The position numbers and the translations under genes were made by a program. The notes below the pieces were generated by a model. The model saw nothing but the letters and a program-made list of their open reading frames with translations. It did not search any database and was not told the DNA's origin. DNA of 60,608 nucleotides, filler included, from Pirum gemmata (taxonomy: Eukaryota): the NCBI GenBank assembly GCA_002812295.1. It is 14 parts of 14 records of this genome, joined end to end, with 100 filler letters (N's around TTAATTAATTAA, not from the genome) between each part and the next. Parts side by side here need not be neighbours in the genome. Positions count along the whole stretch, not along the records: positions 1 to 4,237 come from PDIN01001356.1; positions 4,338 to 8,603 come from PDIN01001357.1; positions 8,704 to 12,727 come from PDIN01001358.1; 11 more parts are not named here. One strand, 5' to 3'. Positions 1 to 12,800 of the stretch are shown in pieces; the stretch's first letter is position 1; the number at the start of each line of letters is the position of its first letter.

Positions 1-458
1 TTATTATCAATTATTATTATTATCAATTATTATTATTATCAATTATTATTATTATCAATTATTATCGAGTTAGGGTTAGGGTTAGGGTTAGGGTTAGGGT
101 ATTATCAATTATTATTATTATCAATTATTATTATTATCAATTTTTATTACTATTATTGTTACTATTATTATTATTATTATTATTATTGTTATTATTATAA
201 TTATTATTAGTATTATTATTATTATAATTATTATTAGTATTGTTATTATTATAATTATTAGTATTGTTATTATTATAATTATTATTAGTATTAAGGTTGA
301 TTATTATTATTAATTGTTATTATTGTATTTTTTTTATTAGTATTTCCTTATTCAATTTTTTATGTTTCACTTAATTACTGCAGACTAATATAAATTTATT
401 TATTTATTTATTGTATTATCAAAAAAAAAAAATTAATATTAAAATAAATATTAATTAG

Positions 459-2778
459 TTGGGATACATTTACTGGAGCTGATACTGTTGGAATGCCTGG
501 TAGTGTTTGTAAAAAAAGCCCTTGCCCTATTAATTCCCAACAAGGTGTTAAAGGTGCTACTGGCAATGTGGCTAATAATCATTACCACAACTGGAAAAAT
601 GATGTAGAGTACATGGCTGCTATGGGTGTACCCGAATATCGATTTTCCTTTGCTTGGCCACGTCTTATACCAACGGGTAATATAGCTGACGGCGTGAATC
701 CAGAAGGTGTTCAATTTTACCATAACCTTCTTGATGAACTACATAAACATAATATCAAACCAGTTGTTACTTTATACCATTGGGATCTACCGCAGGGTTT
801 GTTTTCTCAAGGCCTAGCAGACCCACCCCAACCAGTATGTGATGATAATTATAAACAAGGTTGGTACGAATGTCAAATGGTCGATGGTAAAGTAGAGCCT
901 AAACCAATGAACGAAACAGATATTATTGGCCACTTTAAGGATTATGCTGAATTAGTATTTAACGAATTTGGTGATAAAGTTGTGGAATATGCTACTTTTA
1001 ATGAAGCTTGGACTTTTACTCACTTAGCGAGTGGCTCAGGAAAAGCTCCGTCAGTATATGCCTATAGAGATGCTTCTATCTGGCCATACATTGCGGGCCA
1101 TAACGTCATCCGTTCTCACTTAGAAGCCGTGAAAAGTTTCAGAGCTTTACAAAAGGAAGGAAAATTAAAAAATTCTAGAATTGGTATTGTTAATAATTGT
1201 GATTGGAGGGACCCAGTCTCTCAAAAACCTGAGGATGTTGCTGCATCTATGCGCGAAGTAGAAGCTTGGTTAGGTTGGTACGCTGATCCTATATATGGTG
1301 TTGACGGAAAACATGACTATCCAGGTAGTATGAAAAATCTTGTAGGCGCAAACTTGCCAACTTTTACCGACGAAGAAAAAGCAGAATTAAAAGAAAATGT
1401 ACCAGATTATTTTGGTTTAAACCACTACGGTACTGCTCAAATTGCTAATTGTGCTAATTATACTTGTGACGGTGACTTGAAACAAGGGCCACTTACCTGG
1501 CACACAACATCGTCCCCTGACTACGCTAATGGAGACGGAAAAGCTACTACCCAGATCTTAGTAGAAAACTTAATGACTGGTCAATCTACATGGTTGTTTG
1601 GTGCTGGTTGGGGCTTGAGAAAATTGTTGAATTACGTTGACAATCGTTACGGTAGTCCAGATATTTTTATTACTGAAAATGGTTGGTCTGAACAAGCTGA
1701 TTCTGTAATGCAAGGCAAATACGATACAGGTCGTGTTATCTTTTACAACAACTACTTGAAAGCCATCCATAAAGCTATTACGATTGATAAAGTTAAAGTT
1801 AAAGGTTATTACGCTTGGTCTTTAATGGATAATTTTGAATGGTAATATAAATATATTTTTTTATTTTATTTTATTTTATTTTATTTTATTTTATTTTATT
1901 TTATTTTATTTTATTTTATTGTCAATTTATTTTATTGTCAATTTATTTTATTGTTAATTTATTGTTAACTTAATTGTTAATTTATTGTTAATTACAGGGA
2001 AAGAGGTTATCTTGAACGTTTTGGAACAAGTTTCAATGAATTTAACTTTTGCCACGAAGTTGATTTTAACAACCCAAATTGTGACCCTAACGCCCCTACT
2101 CCAGAAACACCTTTATATGATTTCAATACCGGTAATATAACAGGAACATGTGGAAACGAATGTCTTGGGTACGTGACTAGTATCCCAAGTCCACAACACG
2201 CAATCAATCAAACTAGACACCCAAAAAATTCTTTACTTTGGTTATCTCAAGTTTGGAAGAAAAATGGTTTGGTACCATCTGCTGATATTCTAAGCGGCGT
2301 AGATGGTGCAGTTGATTATTGCTTTGGCAATGAACAAGAATATACCCCTTATTATGGTAAGTTTTTATACTTGTTGTTTGTACTGTTAATTAATTAAAAT
2401 TTCTTGTTTTGGTGGACTTTGTTTTCATTGATTTCATTGTTTTAATGTTTTGTTATTATTGCTATTATTGTTTTATTGTTACTATAAGTGTTATTGTTTT
2501 ATAATTATTATTATTATTGATATTTTTGTCATTATTTATATTATTTTATTGTTATTATTGTTATTATCGTTACTATCGTTATCGTTATTGTTTTTATCGT
2601 TATTGTTTTTATCGTTATAATTATTGTCGTTATTGTTGTTATTATCGTGTTATTGTGGTTATTATTGTTATTATTGTTATTATCGTTATTGTTATTATTG
2701 TTATTATTATTGTTATTATTGATATTATTGATATTATTGTTATTATTGTTATTATTATTGTTATTATTGTTATTATTA

Positions 2779-2809
<31 letters not shown>

Positions 2810-3308
2810 ATGTTATTATTGTTGTTATTGCTGTGCTATTGTTATTATTATTATTATTATATGTTATTATTGTTGTTATTGCTGCTATTATTATTATTGT
2901 TGTTGTTATTGCTGTTATTATTGGTATTATTATTGGTATTATTATTGTTATTATTATTGTTATTATTATTATTATTATTCTTGTTATTATTAGTGTTATT
3001 ATTGTTATTATTGTTATTATTGTTATTATTGTTATTATTGTTATTATTGTTATTGTTATTATTATCATTATTATTATTATCATTATTATTATTATTATCA
3101 TTATTATTATTATTATTCTTGTTATTATTAGTGTTATTATTGTTATTATTGTTATTATTGTTATTATTGTTATTATTGTTATTATTGTTATTATTGTTAT
3201 TATTGTTATTATTGTATTACCAATAAAGCTATCTTTTATTTATTATTAGGCTACACTGCGCAATGCTCTCCCACAAAAAAAAAAACTGAACTTTTCCAGG
3301 GGGTGTGA
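459..3308 (+). CDS. Glycoside hydrolase family 1 (beta-glucosidase-like), 5'-incomplete. Exons 459-1841, 1998-2356 and probable last exon 3250-3308
   Basis: GH1 motifs: (I)WDTFT, YRFSFAWPRLIP, TLYHWDLPQ, TFNEA (acid/base Glu), FGLNHYG, ITENG (nucleophile Glu), GYYAWSLMDNFEW. Splicing GT 1842 to AG 1997 restores W-ERGYLERFG, then RHPKNSLLWLSQVW. Donor GTAAGT at 2357; acceptor TAG ending at 3249 gives GYTAQCSPTKKKTELFQGV* (last exon less certain). Confidence 0.95.
2440..3215. repeat. (TTA/TTG)n microsatellite filling a GH1 intron
   Basis: Imperfect trinucleotide repeat lying between donor 2357 and acceptor 3249. Confidence 0.9.
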
Positions 3309-3545
3309 TTAACTGATATATTGATAATGACAAGATAATAGGAGTTGCCGATTTACTTGTAATAACAATAAAATACAATTATTATATAATTATTACAATT
3401 ACCATATTATTATTATTATTATTATTATTAGTATTTTAACGTGTTATTAAAAACTAAAAATGGCTAAAGGGTGTGATTAATTATGATGATATATTGATAA
3501 TAATAAGATAATAGGAGTTGGTCCATTTATTTACTTGTAATAACA

Positions 3546-3576
<31 letters not shown>

Positions 3577-4237
3577 TATTATTATTATTATTATTATAAA
3601 ACGATAAGGAAATAACTTAAATTAATATACTAAATTAAAAATAAAATTGTACCCAATAAATCTGAGTAGCTCTATGAATTTATACTTATATTTGACCAGT
3701 GGAAGGTCTGTATTCGCTAGCCAATATATTATATTAAGAGAGTTGAAAAGTCTGGTATGAATGCATTTAGTGTACATTTGTATTCATAGTCGAGTTTTAC
3801 ATTTTTTCTATTAATACGATTCTTTTAAATAAAATTATTATTTTGTTCTTTGTAGTCGAGTTTAGGCTAATTAACTTAATAAGTAATTTATTTTATTAAA
3901 ATAATTTATACTTTTTTGTTATTATTATTATTATTATATTATCATTATTATATTATTGTTATTACATTACTATTGTTATATTATTATTATAGTATTATAC
4001 TTATTATAATTACTATTCATTGTACAAACTTTCTTATTATTATCATTGTTAACGTTATTATTAGCTAATTAATAAGTAATTTATATTTATTAAAATAATT
4101 TATGAATTAACTTTTTTGTACGATTATTTTAAATCAGTATTATGATAAATCGTTGCTCTGAGAATAATCATAATATAATAATTTAAAAAATTATTGCACG
4201 AACATTCTTATTATTATTATTATTATTATTATTATTA

Positions 4238-4337
4238 NNNNNNNNNNNNNNNNNNNNNNNNNNNNNNNNNNNNNNNNNNNNTTAATTAATTAANNNNNNN
4301 NNNNNNNNNNNNNNNNNNNNNNNNNNNNNNNNNNNNN
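4238..4337. other. Artificial scaffold linker N~44-TTAATTAATTAA-N~44. Repeated near 8604, 12728, 17076, 21411, 25776, 30113, 34475, 38804, 43164, 47507, 51960 and 56255
   Basis: Identical six-frame-stop 12-mer inside N runs at roughly 4.3-kb spacing. Confidence 0.98.
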
Positions 4338-6259
4338 CTAGCTAGCTAATGCTCAAATTATAAAAACGCGCAATTTTAACGAGGATCATTTATATATTAT
4401 AAACTATAATAATATTATGATATTACATAAGTTTGTTATCACCACTTTGTAAAAAAATTAATAATAAAAATGTTTGTTGGAAAAATTTATTGTCATTAGT
4501 ACTGCTGTCACTATTTTTATTATTTTTATTATGGTTAATTATTAACGTTATCATTGTTATTGTTAACGTTGTAACTGATGATATTGTTAATTAACATTAA
4601 TATTGTAACTGATAGTGTTAACATTGTAATATTGTTATAATGTGTACATATATAATATTATTAATATTGTTAACGTTATCATTAATGTTAATATAAGCTT
4701 AAGGGTAATATACATAGTTAAAATATTGTTATTGTTATTAATATATTAATATTAATATCAATATTATATAATTATTATTAATTATTATTAAATTTTATTA
4801 ATTATATTGTTATCATTGTTATATTAATATAGTATTGTACCGCATGGGCTTGGAGATATTAATGTTCTAAATTTAAAACATTGTTCATTTTGCACTACAT
4901 AATATTATACATATTACGTATACGTAAATATATATTATTATATTAATATATATATAATTATAATATAAGCTGCAAATTAATATTAGCACTTTCCTTTTTA
5001 ATTAATACATGTACACAATTTTCTAACTGTTTCAGTTATGCTTCTTGTAATTGTTGAATTAATAATTATATTAATTATTATCGATCCTTTTCTTTCTTTT
5101 CTCTAACTCTAATACTAACATCTTTCGATAGTATTAATTAATGTATTAATAGGAGTACCAATTGCAACGTTAAATTAACAGCTTCGAAATCAAGCTACTT
5201 CTTTGTGCAGCTTCGAATTTAAATACATTTTGTGAACTTCCTGTATTATAATATAATTATTAATATATATATATAGGACCTCGAAATACATATTGTGAAC
5301 TTCTAGTATGGACCTCATTATAATATTAATATATTATTGTAATTTTATAAATCAGTATTAATATTAATAAATAAATTTAAATCATCGCTTTAAAATTTGC
5401 GTTTCGAATTCCCACCAAAGTTTTCTACCACTACCAAATTCTACAAATGTCATTAACATTAATATTATAATACCAAACCATTTCAATACTTGTCCACGTG
5501 TCATTTTGATTTTGTCAAATCAATTGAAACCATATTATTATAATATTAATTGTTAGTAAATAAGACATAGGGAACATACTGTAAACGTAAGAATTTTATT
5601 TAACAAATTTAAATATTAATCATGTTTAAAATTTTAAAGTTTAATATGTATTCCACATTAATTAAAACTAACCAATCTGGATATCGATATCTCGATATGG
5701 TGGTCTTCTATTAATTTCTTTAGCATCTTTTGTGATTCCACCTCCTTCGAATTCCTAATGTACATTAAAATTTTGTAGTTGATGATGCTGATGCTGATAC
5801 TTACCTTGTTTTTGCTGCTGCTGTACATGTTGTTACTGGAGACGTAATAGAATATAGCAAAGTATTATTTTGATGTCGCCTATCAGGAAATCCTTCAGAA
5901 TGAGGTTTCCAACGATACCAATTTTGTACCATGGTGTTCTACACCCTCCCCGAAGTAAAACTTTATTATTATTTTTACTTGTGTTTTTCCGGGTTGCTTA
6001 GATAAATGGCAATGGGTCATATCGATAGCTATAGTATTCAATAACAGTTTATCATAATTAAATAATTTAAATATCAATAGTACGTATAATATTAATATTA
6101 TTATTAATAATAATATTATTATAATACGTAATAATTATATATATTAATACATAGACTAGTACCAGTAGCTATTAATACTACTAGCTATAGCTAGCTAGAT
6201 CTAGAGTAGTAACTATAGCTATATACTGTATTAATACGTGTTATAATTAGCTAGCTGGG

Positions 6260-8400
6260 ATTCATAGGTCGAAGTATAAGACAAGGTTACCCCATGTCAA
6301 CATATCTTCTTTGTCATAATATTATACATAGAACTTTTAGAAGGGTTATAATCCACCTCATTATTAATACAAAAAATTTTCCTCGTGCATACGCAGATGA
6401 TCTTAATATCTTCGGTAAAAATGCATTAAAATCATTCTATTAGTAATCAATACTTATACAATAACAATTTGCAAGTTTTGGTGAAAATATATTATGTGGA
6501 AATATTGGTGGCTATAAATTAAACAAAGATAAAACTAAGATAAAACAAAAATAACATACTTTCGTAAAATGTTAACCTTATTAGAAGAAAACGGAATTCT
6601 ACAGAATAATCAAAAAATATATTTTAATTTTAATATAAACTAGAAACAATGGAAAACTTAGGGGTTTTTATAGGAAACTCCCCGGCAAGTCAAAAAGTAA
6701 ACTAAAACAAACAGTCTACAAACAGTTACGTATTTTTAATATTATCATATATATAATACAAACACACTCAAACACTACAAACTATAGCTAGAAAGAAAAA
6801 TAATATTAATATAATAATTAGAAACAACCAAAAAATCGAAAGCTCTAGATATAGTCTATATCTACCCTTATTAGAAAGAATGAATTCAGCCAACACCTTT
6901 AATTAATTAATATTAAATGCTATCATAGCAAAATCTCAATATTCCATGGCCTTTATATTAATACCAAATAAGTTATTTCAACCCCATACAACAAAAAATC
7001 ACAACCTTTTTTACCAACAACCAATTCACACAAGACAATATCAAAACACCCAAAAACAAAGGAGGCATCAACATACATGATCAATCTCTTAACTTAAATT
7101 AACAACGAGAAACGCCAACCTTAATATATTATATTAATTAAATATAAGCTTATTTTTTTTAAAAAAAAATCAACACATATATATCATACATCTTCACATG
7201 CAACATAAATAGCAATATTATTCACAACAAATCTTGCTGATCACATTGCTTCCTCAGCAACTACAACTTACTCACTAAACAATTACATTATATTATAACT
7301 ACAATCAAAATCTCACATTAATATTAATATTACACAGCATTATCATTAAAACAACACAAATTTAAAATAACACTAAATTATTACCAATATGAATAATTCA
7401 CACAATAGAAATCCTACAAAACATGATCCCAATACAAAATAGCGCAGAACGATTATTAAAACTAGCATACAACCATCAACTTATATAACAACAACAATAA
7501 TTTTAACTACGAATTTTACGATATAAAACAAAATATCTGCATTAACCCATTAATAAAGCAACAATATAAATATATATGTAAAAAAGAAACAACAAAAACA
7601 TTTTTAATAGATATTCTCAAAGTCCAAACCAATAACAATACCTCCAAATAGTTGGAATTTACAAATGACCATGGCAAACAGTGGTATATAAAAAACACAT
7701 AGAAGAAAACCTCAAAACAAAACCTTTAATTAATGATAACAATATAATCTAAACAACCTTTGGAATATAGAACAAAATGAATGGGAAGAGAAAATTAAAA
7801 ATAGGATCCCCCTGGAGAATCAATACAAAAAAAACTATTTATACCAGTCACATAAGGATACTAACCCAAAGAAAACCAACAAGACAGTGGACGTCGAAAA
7901 CCCAATCTTTTCAATGTCAATAGTACTGTTCCAAAGAATTTTTACCAGAAGTCAAACTAAACATATCTAACTAAACATTATGATATAGACAAACCTATAA
8001 AAGAATATAAGAATAGATTTGTTTTTTTTTTAAAAAAGTCTACACGGGTGACACCAAGGTTATGTTTATCACCCGTGTAGACAAAAAAAAGTCTACACGG
8101 GTGATAAACATTAGCGTAGTACTAGTGTCACCCGTGTAGACAATAAAAAGTCTACACGGGTGATATTTCAGCTAACCTACATCAAAACGCTATAATATTC
8201 AATGCTATAATACTAGGAACAAAGTTTTATTAAAAAAAAAAACAAATTAAATATTTTTACAACAAAATTAAAAAACAATACAATTACAACTCAATTACAG
8301 TACAATTAAATAATATGAAAAGTACAACAAGTTACAACCAACTGACAATCAAATCATTAATTAAAACTTATATTAATACCAGAGTATTATGAAACAACCA
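6260..8400 (+). mobile_element. Decayed non-LTR retrotransposon (LINE): RT domain and 3' region, with frameshifts and stops
   Basis: Translates to SIRQGYPMS (6273-6299; GxRQGCPLS-type), RAYADDL (YADD 6390-6401), GYKLNKDKTK (~6510-6540) and LGVFIG (~6658-6675), which are RT motifs in the correct order. The downstream part is homologous to 14930-15930. Confidence 0.88.
8038..8163. repeat. Array of palindromic units GTCTACACGGGTGA-loop-TCACCCGTGTAGAC (2.5 units) inserted in the LINE
   Basis: Units at 8038-8082 and 8091-8141, half-unit at 8150-8163. Perfect 14-bp arms and A-rich spacers. Absent at the homologous position of the second LINE copy (~15640). Confidence 0.9.
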
Positions 8401-9745
8401 ATTTTTTTTCTTTTTTCCAAGTTGGACTATTTCCACAGCGTAGTTCTACTATTAAATTTTTCTAGCTAGTAGCAGTCTAGTTACACGTTAAGTATCATAG
8501 CTGTTATTTATCATAATATTATCATATATATTAATATTATGATAATAATATCAGATATTATAAAAATCCCGATAGATAATAATAATAATAATAATAATAA
8601 TAANNNNNNNNNNNNNNNNNNNNNNNNNNNNNNNNNNNNNNNNNNNNTTAATTAATTAANNNNNNNNNNNNNNNNNNNNNNNNNNNNNNNNNNNNNNNNN
8701 NNNAAGCTTTAATTTGATACCAAAATTTTACCCATTGACCCACTACCCCGTGAGAAACGGGGTTTCAAGAATTTCCCAATTATTCTAGTGTTGATTTTGG
8801 CCCGACCTAAAAAAAAAAAAAAAAAAAAAATGAAGCAGCCCTCAAAAAAATCTAAAAATCGCAACAACAAAAAAATCTAATCGTGAATCGTGAATCTGAT
8901 TCGTGGTAAAAAACATTTGCCGATGGCGCGATGCCAGGCGCGAGTGGCGCGATGGGTCCTGTTCAAATTAGGTTGGAACTTGGAAAACTGGGATTGGATG
9001 ATAGTATGGAATCATGGAACATGCAAGTTTTTCTAGCTTAGTTAGAGAAGGCATCCTAAAGTCATCCTAACCTGATTCCTAAGAGAGGGCAACTTTCTTT
9101 GGATCAGAGTGTAGACCGTAGACTACTAGCTAGTAGTATACCGTAGTACTATCAAATACTCGTAGTGTGATAATATCATGTAGCGCTTTTCGTTTGTTTT
9201 GTCACTCCGAATATTTATTTGGTTGGTTATAATTTTTTAATTGACATATTGTTAAATGAATAAATAGATAATAAAATATTATACCAAATTAATTAAATGA
9301 AGTGGATTAATATTGTATTAATTTTGTACTCTTTATTGTATATTTTATAATGACAAAACAACTGAAAAGCACGATAGACCCTCTAGTACATAGTTTATCA
9401 AGATAACATCAGTGGTCTCTCTAGCTAGCTAGTTCTATGTGTACTGTGTACAAATGTTATGCATCTGTGCATGGTAGAAGGTCTATGAGGTCTATGGTAG
9501 AGTGCTCTAGTAGGTAGAGTGCTGAGTGGTAGAGTGTGTCAGTTCTGGGGGCAATAGTTCCACTTTAAAAGCTAATGTAGCTAGCTAGCTAGAGACTCAA
9601 GTAGAGAGTTCACCTAGACTTATATATCATATCATATTGATATCATAATCATATATAATATATATGATATCAGAGAGTTCCATTTTATTATTGTAGGTTC
9701 ATTATTATGTTAGCATAATAATATTATGTTAGATTATATTATATA

Positions 9746-9836
9746 GACACTTTTATGCGAGAAAAGTCTAGCAAGAAAAGTGTAAAATTGTGCGAATACT
9801 GGGACTTTTGTTTCTCACATATTAATTAAAAGTGTC
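9746..9836. mobile_element. Small TIR element, family D (GACACTTT(T)ATGCG ends, TA-flanked)
   Basis: TA-GACACTTTTA...TAAAAGTGTC-TA. The internal GTAAAATTGTGCGAATACTGG is shared with 22711-22760. Confidence 0.7.
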
Positions 9837-12800
9837 TATAATATATAGTGTCTTTTAATTAAAAGTGTATAATATTATATCAAGGACTTCATTGTGGTAT
9901 TTTGGACCTTTGGTATATTATATGATATTATCATAGTCTATAGTTATCATGTCTATATCATAAATTCATAATATGATATATTCTATGATACATCAATCAT
10001 TAGTTAGCTACTCACACTACTACTCACAGTAGAACTACAAACAGTCTAAAACTTATATTTAGCAGTATTTTAACTATTTAGCTCAGTTTCTAAAGTTAGT
10101 ATTTAGTTCACATTTTTTTTAGTAGTCTATTTTACTTCTATTTTAGTATTTAGTAGTATTTAGTACTATTTTAAAAAATATTTTAGTTTTTTTTTTCAAA
10201 AGTACTATGAGTCTATGATAGCTAGCTCTAGCTAGGTCTAACATAGTATCGATAGTCTATTATAAGTCTATTCAGACAGCACTCAGACAGTCTCTACTGG
10301 TAGAACTAGCTAGACTACTGGTATTTTCTACCAGACTATGTGATAATGTGACTATGACATAGGTCAAAATATCACGATTATATATCGAGATAATAGTGTA
10401 TGTAGACTGATAATAGATGATTATGTAAAGTATCGATGGTGATAATATTATACGCAGTAGACCCCCCCATAGTAGTTGTAGCTATAAGAGTAGTAGTAGG
10501 AGTAGTAGTAGTAGTATAGTAGTGTCATAATACGTAGTAGGTATCGATAGTAGAGTAGTATAGTCTGAACGTAGCACTGCTCCGGTGGTATTAATATCAT
10601 AGTAGTTTTGTTTTGTTTGTTGTTTGTTGTTGGTAGTAAAAGTAATAAAATTAATATTAAAATATTAATTAATAGTAGTAAATTAAACCTAGTAGCTATA
10701 TAGTAGTACTTGTAGTATCCTGCTTTTCATTTATTTTGTCACTTAGATTATTTATTTGGTACTTTTAAGTTTATAAACGTGTTTATTTTAAATTGAAATA
10801 TAAATTATTAAACACGCCAAGTTAATTTTAAATACAAATTTGATATAGTATTAATATTAATAACTTTGTTTTTATTACTGCGTATTCTATAAAGAGGTAA
10901 CTGTAGTAGTAGAGTAGTATAGTTTGAACGTAGTACTACTGTGGTGGTATTATAGTAGTTTTGCTTTGTTTATTGTTTGTTGTTGTTAGTTCTGGACTTC
11001 ATGATATTTTGTTGTTTGTTATTTGTTATTAAATTTTGTTGTTTGTTGCTTGTTGTTTGTTGTTTGTTGTTTGTTGTTTCAACTTGTTTGTTGTTTGTTG
11101 TCTGTTGTTTGTTGTTTGTTGTTTGTTAATGGTTTGTTGTTTCAACTTGTTTGTTGTTTGTTCAACTTTGTTGTTTGCTGTTTGTTGTTTGTTGTTTGTT
11201 GTTTGTTGTTTGTTGTATGGTTAAGATATAACTTGTATCATAGTCTATGATATATATTGGATTAGATTTGGGGCCTGGGGAACCCTTGTACCTAAAAAAG
11301 GCTAGCTAAAAAAAGCTATTATCATATTATCATATATAAGACTATCAATATAAATCTAGCTATATATCTACTATATTTATTATATTCAATTTTATTGATT
11401 GGCTGTAGCCTGTGACAGAGATTCCTATCTTCTATCTAGCTAGTATTATACTAGTTAGAATATTATTACACAGGCAGTATTATCCGATATTATCTCTATC
11501 ATACTTTAATTAATAATAGGGCCTACCTAGCTAGCTTGGCTGCTTAGTAGGGTTTTATATCAGATTCTTTTATTATTTTAGCTGTATCGATAATATCTAG
11601 CTAGCTAGTGGTATCTAGTACCTGCTGTATGATAATATAATATAATATATCAATAGAAGTCCTTATCGATAGTATAGAAGTCTATACAATACAAGGGAGC
11701 GTACAAATACTGCATAACCCCAATTTCCGGTTAAGTAAAGCTTCAAATACCCTACCTACCTACCCTTGACGTTAATTTCCGGTTTAATACCGCCTACCTA
11801 CACTCCACCTACCTACCCCTTGACGTGACGAATTATTTGAACGCTCCCTATTAATTAAACGGTAGATATATCGATAATAATAGTTCTATAATAATACTTC
11901 GTAGATAATAATATTAGGAGGGAGTCTATATTAGGTAATACACCATGGTATGATAGAATTTTTTTTTTAAAATATGATACTAATAATAAAGACAAAATAG
12001 ACCGTCTAGCTAAGAGCAAAATAGTCTATCATGCTTTTTAGTTGTTTTGTCATCAAAAAGTATACAATAAAGAGTACCAAATTGATACAATATAAATCCA
12101 TTTCATTTAATTTGGTATATTTAATTATCCATTTATTCATTCAACAATGTCAATTAAAAAATTATAACCGACCAAATAAATATTCGGAGTGACAATATAA
12201 ATGAAAAGGGCTATACTATCTATCATAGTGTAATATTATTATCAGTTATTATCAGATATCCATAGTTGCTCTAGCTAGCTAGTAGCCTCTCTAGCTACTA
12301 GTAGCTAGTAGCATAATATGATAGTAGTCTAACTATTGATAGTAGCTATCATACTGGCTAGAGCTATCATACAGAAATCGTGCTTTTCATTTATTTTGTG
12401 ACTTTAAATATTTATTTGGAGGATTATAATATTTAAATTGGCACTTTTAAATAAATATATTATCTACCAAATTAAATTAAATGGATTTATAATGTATTAA
12501 TTTGGTACTATTTATTGTATATTTTATGACGACAAAATAACTGAAAAGCACAAAAGTAGCTATCATACAGATTCATACCATATGCATGGTACTGTGGGCC
12601 TAGCTAGTAGCAGACCCCCTAAGGCTAATGTAGGCCCCATCTTTAGGCGTACTGTAGACTCTAGCTAGCTAGCTAGCTAGCTAGCTGGTACTATCCGAAG
12701 CTACTGGGTAGTCTATCTCAGTCAGAANNNNNNNNNNNNNNNNNNNNNNNNNNNNNNNNNNNNNNNNNNNNTTAATTAATTAANNNNNNNNNNNNNNNNN

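Noticed and set aside
2517..3249. Long poly-Leu/Ile/Tyr/Met/Cys/Val ORFs (also 11023, 16704, 23250, 26389, 28793, 37894, 42872, 48816, 58861)
   Set aside because: They are translations of microsatellites; several lie in introns defined by splice sites
8038..8163. CRISPR array
   Set aside because: Eukaryotic context, inverted rather than direct repeats, loops related to each other, no cas genes
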